A stretch of DNA of 20,000 bases from an uncultured Methanospirillum sp. (GCA_964637135.1 CAZWTX010000003.1:111645-131644); one strand, 5' to 3'; numbered from the stretch's first letter, positions 8,245 to 16,878 are shown. Program-made: numbers and translations. Notes: generated by a model not told the origin, from the sequence alone.

Positions 8245-9576
8245 ATGTCTGATATGAAGGTGAGCGAGATGCTCGCTCGAATCAAGGCTGATAATGTAAA
8301 ATTTATCAGACTCCAGTTCACGGATATCCTTGGAATTCCAAAAAACGTTGCAATTCCGGCTTTTCAGGCTGAAAAGGCTCTGACAGACGGCATCTGGATA
8401 GATGGATCATCCATCGAGGGATTTACCCGAATAGATGAGTCAGACATGCTGCTCAGGCCTGACATCTCCACATACCAGATCCTTCCCTGGAGACCGGCTG
8501 ACAAGAAGGTCGCCAGGTTCATCTGTGATGTGTATACCTACAACGGCACCCCCTTCCAGGGCGACCCGCGTACTGTTCTCAAGCGGAACCTTGCAGAAGC
8601 GGAAAAACTGGGATATACCTTCAATACCGGCCCTGAACTAGAGTTCTTTGTCTTTAAGCGTGACGAGAACGGGCAGCCGACAACAGAATTCGTTGATTAC
8701 GGGGGATACTTCGATCTCGCCCCGTCCGACTCGGCAGAAGATCTCAGGCGTGAGGTCGTTCTTGCACTCACCGATATGGGATTCGAGATCGAGGCGTCTC
8801 ACCATGAAGTCGCCGAGTCACAGCACGAAATTGACTTCAAATACGGTGATGCCCTCTCTGTCGCAGATAAAGTGATCACCTTCAGGTTTGCAACCAAGAC
8901 TCTTGCCCTCATGGCCGGGATGCATGCAACCTTCATGGCCAAGCCGATTGGCGGTATTAACGGATCAGGCATGCATACCCATGGTTCTCTCTCCAAGGAT
9001 GGAAAAAACGCATTCTTCGACCCGAATGCAGACAAGGGACTCTCCGAGACTGCCCTCTTTTACATTGGCGGCCTGATGAAGCATGCCAAGGCAATTGCCC
9101 GGCTTGGAAACCCGACGATCAACTCATACAGGCGGCTTGTTCCCGGGTACGAAGCACCCGTCTATATCACCTGGAGTGCTGCCAACCGTTCGGCCATGAT
9201 CCGTGTTCCGGCTGCCCGGGGCAACAGTACGCGGGCTGAACTGAGGAGCCCCGACCCGACATGCAACCCGTATCTCCTCTTCAGTGCCATGATCGCTGCC
9301 GGTCTTGACGGGATCAGGAATAAGATAATGCCACCACCATGCACTGATGTGAATATCTACCACCTTTCAGAGGAAGAACGAAAGAACCGTGGTATCGAGA
9401 TGCTACCGGGATCCCTGATGGAAGCAAACGATGAACTCCTCAAGGACACGGTTATCTGCGAGGCGCTCGGTCCGCATGTTGTCGGGTACCTCACGTCAAT
9501 TGCCCAGGCTGAGACCGATGCCTTCAGGCTCACGGTTCACCCCTGGGAAGTTGACCGGTATATCCACAACTTCTGA
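8245..9576 (+). CDS. glnA: Glutamine synthetase type I (GSI-alpha)
   Basis: FIRLQFTDILG, DGSSIEGF, GPELEFF, HHEVAESQHEIDF, ATFMAKP, NGSGMHTH, RRLVPGYEAP, NRSAMIRVP and ELRSPDPTCNPYL motifs; 443 aa. Confidence 0.98.
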   Translation: MSDMKVSEMLARIKADNVKFIRLQFTDILGIPKNVAIPAFQAEKALTDGIWIDGSSIEGFTRIDESDMLLRPDISTYQILPWRPADKKVARFICDVYTYNGTPFQGDPRTVLKRNLAEAEKLGYTFNTGPELEFFVFKRDENGQPTTEFVDYGGYFDLAPSDSAEDLRREVVLALTDMGFEIEASHHEVAESQHEIDFKYGDALSVADKVITFRFATKTLALMAGMHATFMAKPIGGINGSGMHTHGSLSKDGKNAFFDPNADKGLSETALFYIGGLMKHAKAIARLGNPTINSYRRLVPGYEAPVYITWSAANRSAMIRVPAARGNSTRAELRSPDPTCNPYLLFSAMIAAGLDGIRNKIMPPPCTDVNIYHLSEEERKNRGIEMLPGSLMEANDELLKDTVICEALGPHVVGYLTSIAQAETDAFRLTVHPWEVDRYIHNF

Positions 9577-9578
9577 AC

Positions 9579-9584
9579 TTTTTT
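9579..9584 (+). terminator. Candidate oligo-T terminator of glnA
   Basis: T6 immediately after the TGA stop. Confidence 0.5.
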
Positions 9585-9766
9585 CCTGCCGGAATATCCC
9601 CGGGAGCCGGAACCGGTTTTTCCAATCAGACAGTCTCTCTCACCGTTCCGGCAGAAGAATACGTACGCCTCATGAGTTCCCGGTTTCTTCCGGATAAAGG
9701 AGGGTTTCCCCGGGAGATGCCCGCTGCCGGATTTAAAAACAGACTGTACCCGAAAAGATGGTGATA

Positions 9767-10612
9767 TCAGTACCCGGTTGCGTAATAATACCCACCGTCA
9801 TGGTGAATCCTGACCGGGATATCAAACAGATCACTCATCTGGCGGTCAGTCAGGACATCCTCCTTTTTCCCGGATGCGACAATATTTCCATCCTTCATAC
9901 AGATAACCCGGGTTATCTCCGGAATGATATCGGGAAGAGAATGAGTCACCAGGATGACCATCTTCCTGCCTTGGGCAACAGTCCGCATGGATGACCGCAG
10001 AAGGTGTAATGCATGGAGATCCAGGCTAGTCGTCGGTTCATCGAGGATAAGGATCTCAGGGTCATGTACAAGTGCCCGGCCAATCAGGCAGCGCCGGGCC
10101 TCTCCGCTCGACATGTTCCTCATAGAGCGGCTGAGGAGATGGGATATACACAGAAACTGTGCAATTCTTTCCGCCTGCTCCTCCATATGAGTGGTCACCG
10201 TGTGATGAAAGAGACCGATACTGCTGAAAAAACCAGAGAGGATCACATCCCTGCCGGTGATCTCCTGGTTAAACCGTGCCTGGAGATCGCCTGAAACAAC
10301 TCCGAAAAGGGATCGCAGCTCAAAAACATTCCAGATCTCCCGTCCCCTGATGATATTGGTGTACGACCTCCCGGTCACTACCGGGTACACTTCCCTGATG
10401 ATCGCCCTGATGAGCGTTGATTTTCCCGACCCGTTCGGGCCTAGGATGGCAACATTCTCATCCTCCTTCAGCACAAGGGACAAATCCCTAAGAACCGGAT
10501 GCCCGTCCAGGTGAAAGGATACATTTTCAAATTCAAGCAGATTAGAGGGGGGTTGTGATGATGAGTCCATGATTCCACATACTGGCTGCCGGTACTTCTT
10601 ATCATAGAGCAT
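9767..10612 (-). CDS. ABC ATP-binding protein (ModF/YlmA-like), no adjacent permease
   Basis: Walker A GPNGSGKST, signature MSSGE, Walker B ILILDEP, H-loop VTH, and VILSGFFSSIGL. The start may be the ATG at 10570. Confidence 0.88.
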   Translation of the reverse strand: MLYDKKYRQPVCGIMDSSSQPPSNLLEFENVSFHLDGHPVLRDLSLVLKEDENVAILGPNGSGKSTLIRAIIREVYPVVTGRSYTNIIRGREIWNVFELRSLFGVVSGDLQARFNQEITGRDVILSGFFSSIGLFHHTVTTHMEEQAERIAQFLCISHLLSRSMRNMSSGEARRCLIGRALVHDPEILILDEPTTSLDLHALHLLRSSMRTVAQGRKMVILVTHSLPDIIPEITRVICMKDGNIVASGKKEDVLTDRQMSDLFDIPVRIHHDGGYYYATGY

Positions 10613-10693
10613 AATGAACCTGCATGAAGGTTTTTTTCAGCATCGCCCGGGTGACGGGGCCGGTCGGTGAATAACGCCAGGAGTCCGGCCGGA

Positions 10694-13375
10694 TCAGGGT
10701 GATTGCGGGATGCCAGGTCCATACTGAGCATCACCGGATACCTCCTGGATGATACCATCAATACTCACCACATCACCGGCTTCACCCACCACCGGAAGAC
10801 CGCGTTCGACCATGATCCTGATCCGGCCGGATTTATCAACGATCCGGTATCTAACCTCATACGGACTGATATTCGAGATGGCGTCCCGTTTCAGGTTGAC
10901 GACATACTCTTTATCCTCTGGATAGATCAGCGGAATAAGAGACATAAAATGCCCGCTCGAGAGTTCCTGTACAGAATACCCGGTTACCGATTCAAGGTGA
11001 TCGTTGTAGAATTCCATGACGGAATCAGCAAGTGACAACCTGAAGACGATCCCCGGAATGTTCTGGGCAAGTGTGCGGAACTGTTTCTCACTCCGGGTCA
11101 GTTCCTCGCTGGCCTGGAACCTTAAGAACGCACTTCCGATCAGTGATGACGCAATCTCAAGTGCATGGATCTCTCTCTGGCTCCATTTCCTCTCATAAAT
11201 CTGCTCGAAAAACCCGACAGCCCCGTAGACCTGATCTGAGATGATGACCGGCACGAGCAGAAACGAGCACACCCCTTCCGATTCAAAAAAACCGCGTGCA
11301 GGTTGGCCAATCTCGCGGGTGAGATGAGACAGGGTTTTTCCATCCCTGAATACCTCCTGCAAGACCTGCGGCTCATAACATCCCCTGACCAGGCCGGGTG
11401 CCGTCAGAGGATGTACCGACGACTGGTTTGATCGGGAATACCAGCATGAAACAAGGTGCACCTGATCCCGGCCTGCCTCATCATGTCGGTTTTCAAAGAG
11501 GCAGACTTTGCTCACCAGTGCCGCTTTCCCGATAAGGCTCAACGTATGAGCGGCACAATCGCCAAAGGAACCTGATTTCAGCATGTAGGAACCGGCAAGG
11601 CTGATAGATTCAAAAATTGATTTCTGTCGGCTGATCTCCAGTTCCATCCGCTTTCTGTCGCTGATATCCCTGATGATCTCGATGGAACCTGAAATCATGC
11701 CATCAAGGTCATAGAGGGGAGCCGCCTTTATCCAAAGCCATATCCGGTTCTTCGTAACCGGGTGCTGGGTCTGGAGATCGAGGGTTACCAGGGTGTCATC
11801 GGTAACAGGGTTGTCATACTGGACAAGGATTTCCGGATCCCGGGAGAGGATATAATCTGCGAGGATCGGCTGTCTTCTCCCGTAAAAGGCATAGGTATGT
11901 TCATACGAGCCCTTCCCGAGGATTTCCTCCTTACGCACCCCGGTCAGTTCCTCGATAGCCCGGTTCCATATCGTCACCTCCCCTGCACGGTTCAACACAA
12001 AAATCGGATCCGGAAGAAATTCGAGGATGGAGGCCAGGTGCATGCGTGCTTCCCGGATTTCCTTCTCAATCTTTTTTCGTTCGGTAATGTCACGCCATAT
12101 GGCGAGTACATAGGGTTGATCCTGGAGATAGAAGAGATGGGCATTTACTTCCACCGGAAAGACCGAAGAATCACGTCTTTTTAGATCGATCTCAAAGAAT
12201 GCCTGGTCATGTTTCCTGAACTCATAAATGATCTCACGGTAAGAAGGAAGGCTCTCCTCCGGGATAATCTCCCTGATATTGAGGGTTAAAAATTCCAAAG
12301 GAGTATACCCGAGCATTGAACACCCTGCCGGGTTTACTTCAACGAAACGGGGTTTTCCGAAGAGGTTGTCGAGTTGAAATAAAAAGATGGCATCATGAGC
12401 ACTTTGGAAGAGTCTGCGGTATTTCTCTTCACTCCTGGCAAGACGTTCTTCTGCCTCAAGACGATCCGTGATGTCTCTCCACACCGAGATAAAATCCCTG
12501 ATATCGCCGGATTCATCTTTCCGGGGAGTAGTCATCGTCTCAAACCAGATCCATTCACCCCTGATATTCCTGAATCGGAACGAGGGGAGGTTTATCCGGT
12601 TAATCCGGTCTTTCAGGGAATCATCAAGGAACGCACGATCATCAGGATGAATGTACTCCCCAATGTCATGATCGATCAGTTCTCCGGAGACATACCCGGT
12701 CAGGATCTCACATGCCGGTGAAACATACAGGATGGTCCCCGAGAGATTCCACCGGATGATGATATCCCTGACACTTTCGGTGATCACGCGGAGATTTTTC
12801 TCACTTTCAAGGATCGCATCCTGCAATACCTTTTTCTCGGTGATATCCTCGCCGGTGATAACCACAGCAGGACGATCCTGGAGGAAGGAGACCGAGGAGA
12901 TCGTAAAGAGGTAGACCAGTCGTTCGTCATCCCGGTTCAGGGACACCTCAAGCGTCCGGGTCTCTCCGGTGGTGATGCTTCTGATACCATGAATGAGATC
13001 GGTACCAAAAATTTTCTCCAGGTCAAGCGCCTCGATATGCATGTTTACAAGCGCTTCAAACGTGGAACCAACCGTCCGGATGAATGCATCGTTTGCCCAG
13101 CGGATCGTCAGGTTCGTATTCAGGATGAGAACCATGTGGGAGGAATAGTTCAGCAGGGACGACTCCGGCTGGAGATCAGAGAGAAAATACTTCTTCTTCT
13201 GACCATGCTGGCGCATCTCCACCTTTCCGGACAGGGCCAGGCTGTCCAGATACCGTGCCACCGTGTGCCGGTGATGACCGGAAAGGGAAGATATTTCCGA
13301 GATGCTCAGGGCTTTTTTGCCAAGGGTAAAGGTTCTGAGAATATCATCAAATATCGGATTGGTTCCTGAACTCAT
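10694..13375 (-). CDS. Soluble sensor protein: N-terminal winged HTH, four PAS/PAC domains, GAF, C-terminal PAS
   Basis: wHTH LSISEISSLSGHHRHTVARYLDSLALSGKVEMRQHGQKKKYFL. PAC ends EDITEKK, RDITDR, RDITERK and RDISDRK. GAF segment SFLLVPVIISDQVYGAVGF...RKWSQREIHALEIASSLIG. Final PAS IPGIVFR...IYPED...IDGIIQEV. No kinase motifs. Confidence 0.88.
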   Translation of the reverse strand: MSSGTNPIFDDILRTFTLGKKALSISEISSLSGHHRHTVARYLDSLALSGKVEMRQHGQKKKYFLSDLQPESSLLNYSSHMVLILNTNLTIRWANDAFIRTVGSTFEALVNMHIEALDLEKIFGTDLIHGIRSITTGETRTLEVSLNRDDERLVYLFTISSVSFLQDRPAVVITGEDITEKKVLQDAILESEKNLRVITESVRDIIIRWNLSGTILYVSPACEILTGYVSGELIDHDIGEYIHPDDRAFLDDSLKDRINRINLPSFRFRNIRGEWIWFETMTTPRKDESGDIRDFISVWRDITDRLEAEERLARSEEKYRRLFQSAHDAIFLFQLDNLFGKPRFVEVNPAGCSMLGYTPLEFLTLNIREIIPEESLPSYREIIYEFRKHDQAFFEIDLKRRDSSVFPVEVNAHLFYLQDQPYVLAIWRDITERKKIEKEIREARMHLASILEFLPDPIFVLNRAGEVTIWNRAIEELTGVRKEEILGKGSYEHTYAFYGRRQPILADYILSRDPEILVQYDNPVTDDTLVTLDLQTQHPVTKNRIWLWIKAAPLYDLDGMISGSIEIIRDISDRKRMELEISRQKSIFESISLAGSYMLKSGSFGDCAAHTLSLIGKAALVSKVCLFENRHDEAGRDQVHLVSCWYSRSNQSSVHPLTAPGLVRGCYEPQVLQEVFRDGKTLSHLTREIGQPARGFFESEGVCSFLLVPVIISDQVYGAVGFFEQIYERKWSQREIHALEIASSLIGSAFLRFQASEELTRSEKQFRTLAQNIPGIVFRLSLADSVMEFYNDHLESVTGYSVQELSSGHFMSLIPLIYPEDKEYVVNLKRDAISNISPYEVRYRIVDKSGRIRIMVERGLPVVGEAGDVVSIDGIIQEVSGDAQYGPGIPQSP

Positions 13376-14130
13376 GCGGATCCCGATGTCCTAAATATAT
13401 TTTCTGTAATTGGACTACGAAAACTTTTCCTATATCTTTCGTGATTTGAAATATGGTGTGCTCATATGTACCCGGAAATACCGCAACATGTTGAGCATGA
13501 GACCCTCATACAATGATTCTCAGGGATTTCACAATAAAGGATGAAAACCACACAACCTCAGATCTTTCTTTGAAAGCTCTCTGCACACCTTCCTTCCCCT
13601 GAGAATCTTTTCATTCTCATAAGACTGTTCCAGGCGTTTTCCCGCTGTTTTATCACTCACTGCAGATATCAGGAAGCACGAAGGGCAAAAGATGCATGAT
13701 GTCATTTCTTCCAGAGGAATCTAATCGTCGAGGCAGAGACAGTCCGCACCAGAACCCATCTCCTGCCCAGGGTGATATTCATGACCGATCATACGTATGG
13801 CTGGTTTTCCCTTGTTTTGGCCGTTATCCGATTTTGTAGCCAGGAGAAGGAGATACCTGATTCCATGACTGACACCGGCTGTATATCCTGCAGAAGGATA
13901 TCCCTGTAACGCTCACCATTGGATGATTATCTCATGGATTGAAGGATATCAGCAACAGGATCGGAGATAGCGTCTTTCCCGGCATTCATACTTCAGGATG
14001 AAGGACATTGCCCCGGATCGTTATTCAGGGAAAGAACCTGAAGAGAACAGGGACAGGCTCAAAATCACCGGACAACCAGGTATACTGCCCGGAGGATACC
14101 GGGCCATACCGCTCAAAAAGGATGCCTGAC

Positions 14131-14142
14131 TATACTATATAA
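14131..14142 (+). promoter_or_regulatory. Candidate TATA box of the antiporter gene
   Basis: TATACTATATAA about 100 bp upstream of the ATG at 14238; SD-like GAGGAG at 14228-14233. Confidence 0.45.
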
Positions 14143-14237
14143 CGGGGTGAAGAATCGGAGAGATGATAGAGATCATCGCAGGGTATCCCCGACACTCCTG
14201 TCATGTACAGACCACGGATTCATCATAGAGGAGTTCC

Positions 14238-15761
14238 ATGAATGTAGAATACATCATTGCCGGTGCCGCCATACTAATCCTTGTCTGTATCATTGCCAAC
14301 AAGGTATCAGGAAAACTTGGATTCCCGGCCCTTTTAATCTTTATCCTGGTAGGTATGCTTGCCGGTTCGGAAGGACCAGGAGGAGTCCCGTTTGAGGATG
14401 CGGTTGTTGCCCAGTCAATTGGTGTTGTCGCTCTTGCCCTCATCCTCTTCTCCGGGGGAATCGACACCCGGTGGTCTGAAATGAAACCTGTACTGTCCCG
14501 GACTCTTGCACTATCCACAATAGGAGTTGCATTCACCGCGATTGTCATCAGCATTACGGCGGTTCTCCTACTCGGATTCACCCCCCTTGAGGGATTCCTT
14601 CTCGGTGCTATCGTCTCCTCAACTGATGCTGCTGCAGTCTTTGCAACGCTTCGATCGCGCCGGGTAGGTCTTAAAGGCAATTTACGCCCTCTCCTTGAGT
14701 TCGAATCAGGCAGTAACGATCCCATGGCGATCTTCCTGACAATCGGGGCAATAACCCTTCTTATGGAGCCACAGTCATCGATCTTCTCCCTGATCCCACT
14801 CTTTGTTCAACAGATGATTGTCGGCGGAATCCTCGGGTACGGCATCGGCATAATTGCATCCCGGCTGATCAATCTCCTTGACCTTGATTACGAGGGTCTT
14901 TATGCAGTTCTCACCCTCAGCATGGCGCTCCTGGCATACGGGGTCACCTCTCTTCTCGGAGGGAACGGATTCCTTGCCGCATATATCGCCGGCCTCGTCA
15001 TCGGTAACAGCACCATCGTCCATAAGAAGAGCCTTATCAGGTTTCATGAAGGGGTGGCATGGCTGATGCAGATCACCATGTTCCTCACCCTCGGGCTGTT
15101 TGTCTTCCCATCTCAGCTTCTGCCGGTCCTTGTACCGGGCATAATCATCTCCTGCGTTCTGATCTTCATCGCCCGGCCGATAGCCGTATTCCTCACCCTG
15201 ATCCCGTGGAAGATGGATCGAAACGAAAAGATCATGATCTCCTGGGTAGGACTCCGGGGAGCTGCCCCAATCGTTCTGGCAACCTTTCCTCTGCTCTATG
15301 GCGTGCCGCAGGCGCATGTTTTTTTTAACGTGGTCTTCTTCATGGTGATCATCTCGTCCATACTCCATGGTACCTCGATCCCATTCGTAGCGCACCACCT
15401 TGGCCTTTCAGCCCCCATCTTAAGCCGTTCACGGTTCGGGATGGAGATGGATTATCCGGCAGAAGCCGGGAGCGAACTTCTTGAACTGGTCATCCCTCCG
15501 GATTCACCGGCAGTCGGAAACCAGATCGTCAATATCGGCCTTCCTGCAGGAACCCTCATTATTCTCATCGCTAAAGGTGATGACCAGTTCAGTCCCCATG
15601 GTTCAACCGTTCTTGAAGAGGGCGATTCACTCCTCATACTGACATCGCCTGAGGATGCCGGGATAGTACGGAACATATTCGTTCATCACGAGGAGAAAGA
15701 TGGAGAACCTGCCTTTGATATTCCCGGATGGTGGCCGGGTCTGTGGGAAAAAGAAAAGTAG
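14238..15761 (+). CDS. cvrA: CPA1 K+/H+ antiporter (CvrA/NhaP2 type) with C-terminal RCK_C (TrkA-C) domain
   Basis: Many hydrophobic helices. GMLAGSEGPGG, GAIVSSTDAAAVF, LEFESGSNDPMA, GGNGFLAAY, LIFIARP and SWVGLRGAAPIVLA motifs. C-terminal IPPDSPAVG...PHGSTVLEEGD. Confidence 0.92.
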   Translation: MNVEYIIAGAAILILVCIIANKVSGKLGFPALLIFILVGMLAGSEGPGGVPFEDAVVAQSIGVVALALILFSGGIDTRWSEMKPVLSRTLALSTIGVAFTAIVISITAVLLLGFTPLEGFLLGAIVSSTDAAAVFATLRSRRVGLKGNLRPLLEFESGSNDPMAIFLTIGAITLLMEPQSSIFSLIPLFVQQMIVGGILGYGIGIIASRLINLLDLDYEGLYAVLTLSMALLAYGVTSLLGGNGFLAAYIAGLVIGNSTIVHKKSLIRFHEGVAWLMQITMFLTLGLFVFPSQLLPVLVPGIIISCVLIFIARPIAVFLTLIPWKMDRNEKIMISWVGLRGAAPIVLATFPLLYGVPQAHVFFNVVFFMVIISSILHGTSIPFVAHHLGLSAPILSRSRFGMEMDYPAEAGSELLELVIPPDSPAVGNQIVNIGLPAGTLIILIAKGDDQFSPHGSTVLEEGDSLLILTSPEDAGIVRNIFVHHEEKDGEPAFDIPGWWPGLWEKEK

Positions 15762-15950
15762 GATGCTTTCACAGAAACCGGATCGGAAAACAGGCGAGTG
15801 ATACGAATCCCAATACCATGGCCATGGGTGCCTTGAAAATCCCATAATCCATTTCAGTCCAGATACCCTGCCTGTTGACCCGGTGAGCGGTATCTGATCA
15901 TGACCGATTGGGGTGAAACCCCGGAAAGAGGCCGATCTTGAGACCAAATA

Positions 15951-16823
15951 TCATTCATGGGATTTCTCATCTCTTTTTTTCAGGATGAGGAGCGGTTTTT
16001 TCACACTCCGTCCAACCGCCTCTGTCGTTCCACCGATGAACTTGTTCAAAATTCCCCTGCTACCGGTGGATTTCATTACGACAAGGGATACGTCTTCCCC
16101 GGATGAAACCCGGATAATCTCATCTGCAGGATCGCCTATCCTGATCCGAGTCATGACCAGGAGAGACATGTCCCGGTACCGGTCAGCGATCCGGATCATG
16201 TTCTCTTCTGCCTGCTCCACTGCACGACTGACCTCTTCATCAGAATCGCCTTTTGAGACTGCATGGAAGAGCACTGCCCCGGTTGCACCGGGCAGGATAT
16301 CAGAAATGAGCGTTTCTATGGGAGGTTCGGAAAAGTCCGTGCAGATCATCACGTTGGTGAAGAGGTCAGGACAACGGGGATGTGAAGGCGAAGAATTCCA
16401 GGCCTTATCAGGGGGATGAATGAGCAGGAGATCGGTGTTGCCATACTTGAGAATGTCCCATGCGGTGCTTCCCAGCAGTACGGTCTCAATGACCCCCCGT
16501 CCCCGCCGGCCCATCAGGATAAGGGATGCCTGTTCACGCTCTGCTATCCGGATAACAGCCTCGGACACCTCCCCTCCGGTTATCTCCTCGACAATGATGC
16601 GGACCTTTGATCGTGGCAGCATGATCGCATTTTTCACCTTCTCAAGGCGCAGCCGGGCATAGTCGGTTTCAGGATTCTCCCGATCCGGGGATGGGAGGAG
16701 GTACATACTTCTCGTGATATGCACCAGGATGACCTCCCGTATCCGGGGAATATTCTGCAGGCATCGGATGACATAGTCAGCATCATCTGAAAAATCGTGG
16801 GGGATAAGAACTCTGGTGAACAT
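15951..16823 (-). CDS. Universal stress protein with two tandem USP domains
   Basis: MFTRVLIPHDFS...LILMGRRGRG...LLGSTA, and a second domain FTNVMICTDFS...GDPADEI...LVVMKSTG...FIGGTTEAV...PLLIL. ATG at 16823 preferred over TTG at 16829. Confidence 0.93.
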   Translation of the reverse strand: MFTRVLIPHDFSDDADYVIRCLQNIPRIREVILVHITRSMYLLPSPDRENPETDYARLRLEKVKNAIMLPRSKVRIIVEEITGGEVSEAVIRIAEREQASLILMGRRGRGVIETVLLGSTAWDILKYGNTDLLLIHPPDKAWNSSPSHPRCPDLFTNVMICTDFSEPPIETLISDILPGATGAVLFHAVSKGDSDEEVSRAVEQAEENMIRIADRYRDMSLLVMTRIRIGDPADEIIRVSSGEDVSLVVMKSTGSRGILNKFIGGTTEAVGRSVKKPLLILKKRDEKSHE

Positions 16824-16858
16824 AAGCAAAAATCGCAGATACTTCCTTTTTTGTCATG

Positions 16859-16878
16859 AGGATACATAGATGTATCCT
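16859..16878. promoter_or_regulatory. Perfect 9-bp inverted repeat, candidate transcription-factor site upstream of the USP gene
   Basis: AGGATACAT-AG-ATGTATCCT, 36-55 bp upstream of the ATG at 16823. Confidence 0.5.

Noticed and set aside
14060..14237. Fluoride (crcB) or c-di-AMP riboswitch upstream of the antiporter or USP genes
   Set aside because: Only a chance GATGCCT fragment is present; the conserved 5' segment and pseudoknot pairing are not visible.
13376..14237. CRISPR array, tRNA or IS element in the long spacer
   Set aside because: No regularly spaced direct repeats, no cloverleaf or T-loop motif, and no transposase-like frame seen.
14201..16419. ORFs 14201..14725, 14775..15398 and 15913..16419
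   Set aside because: Antisense shadows of the antiporter and USP genes with no independent evidence.
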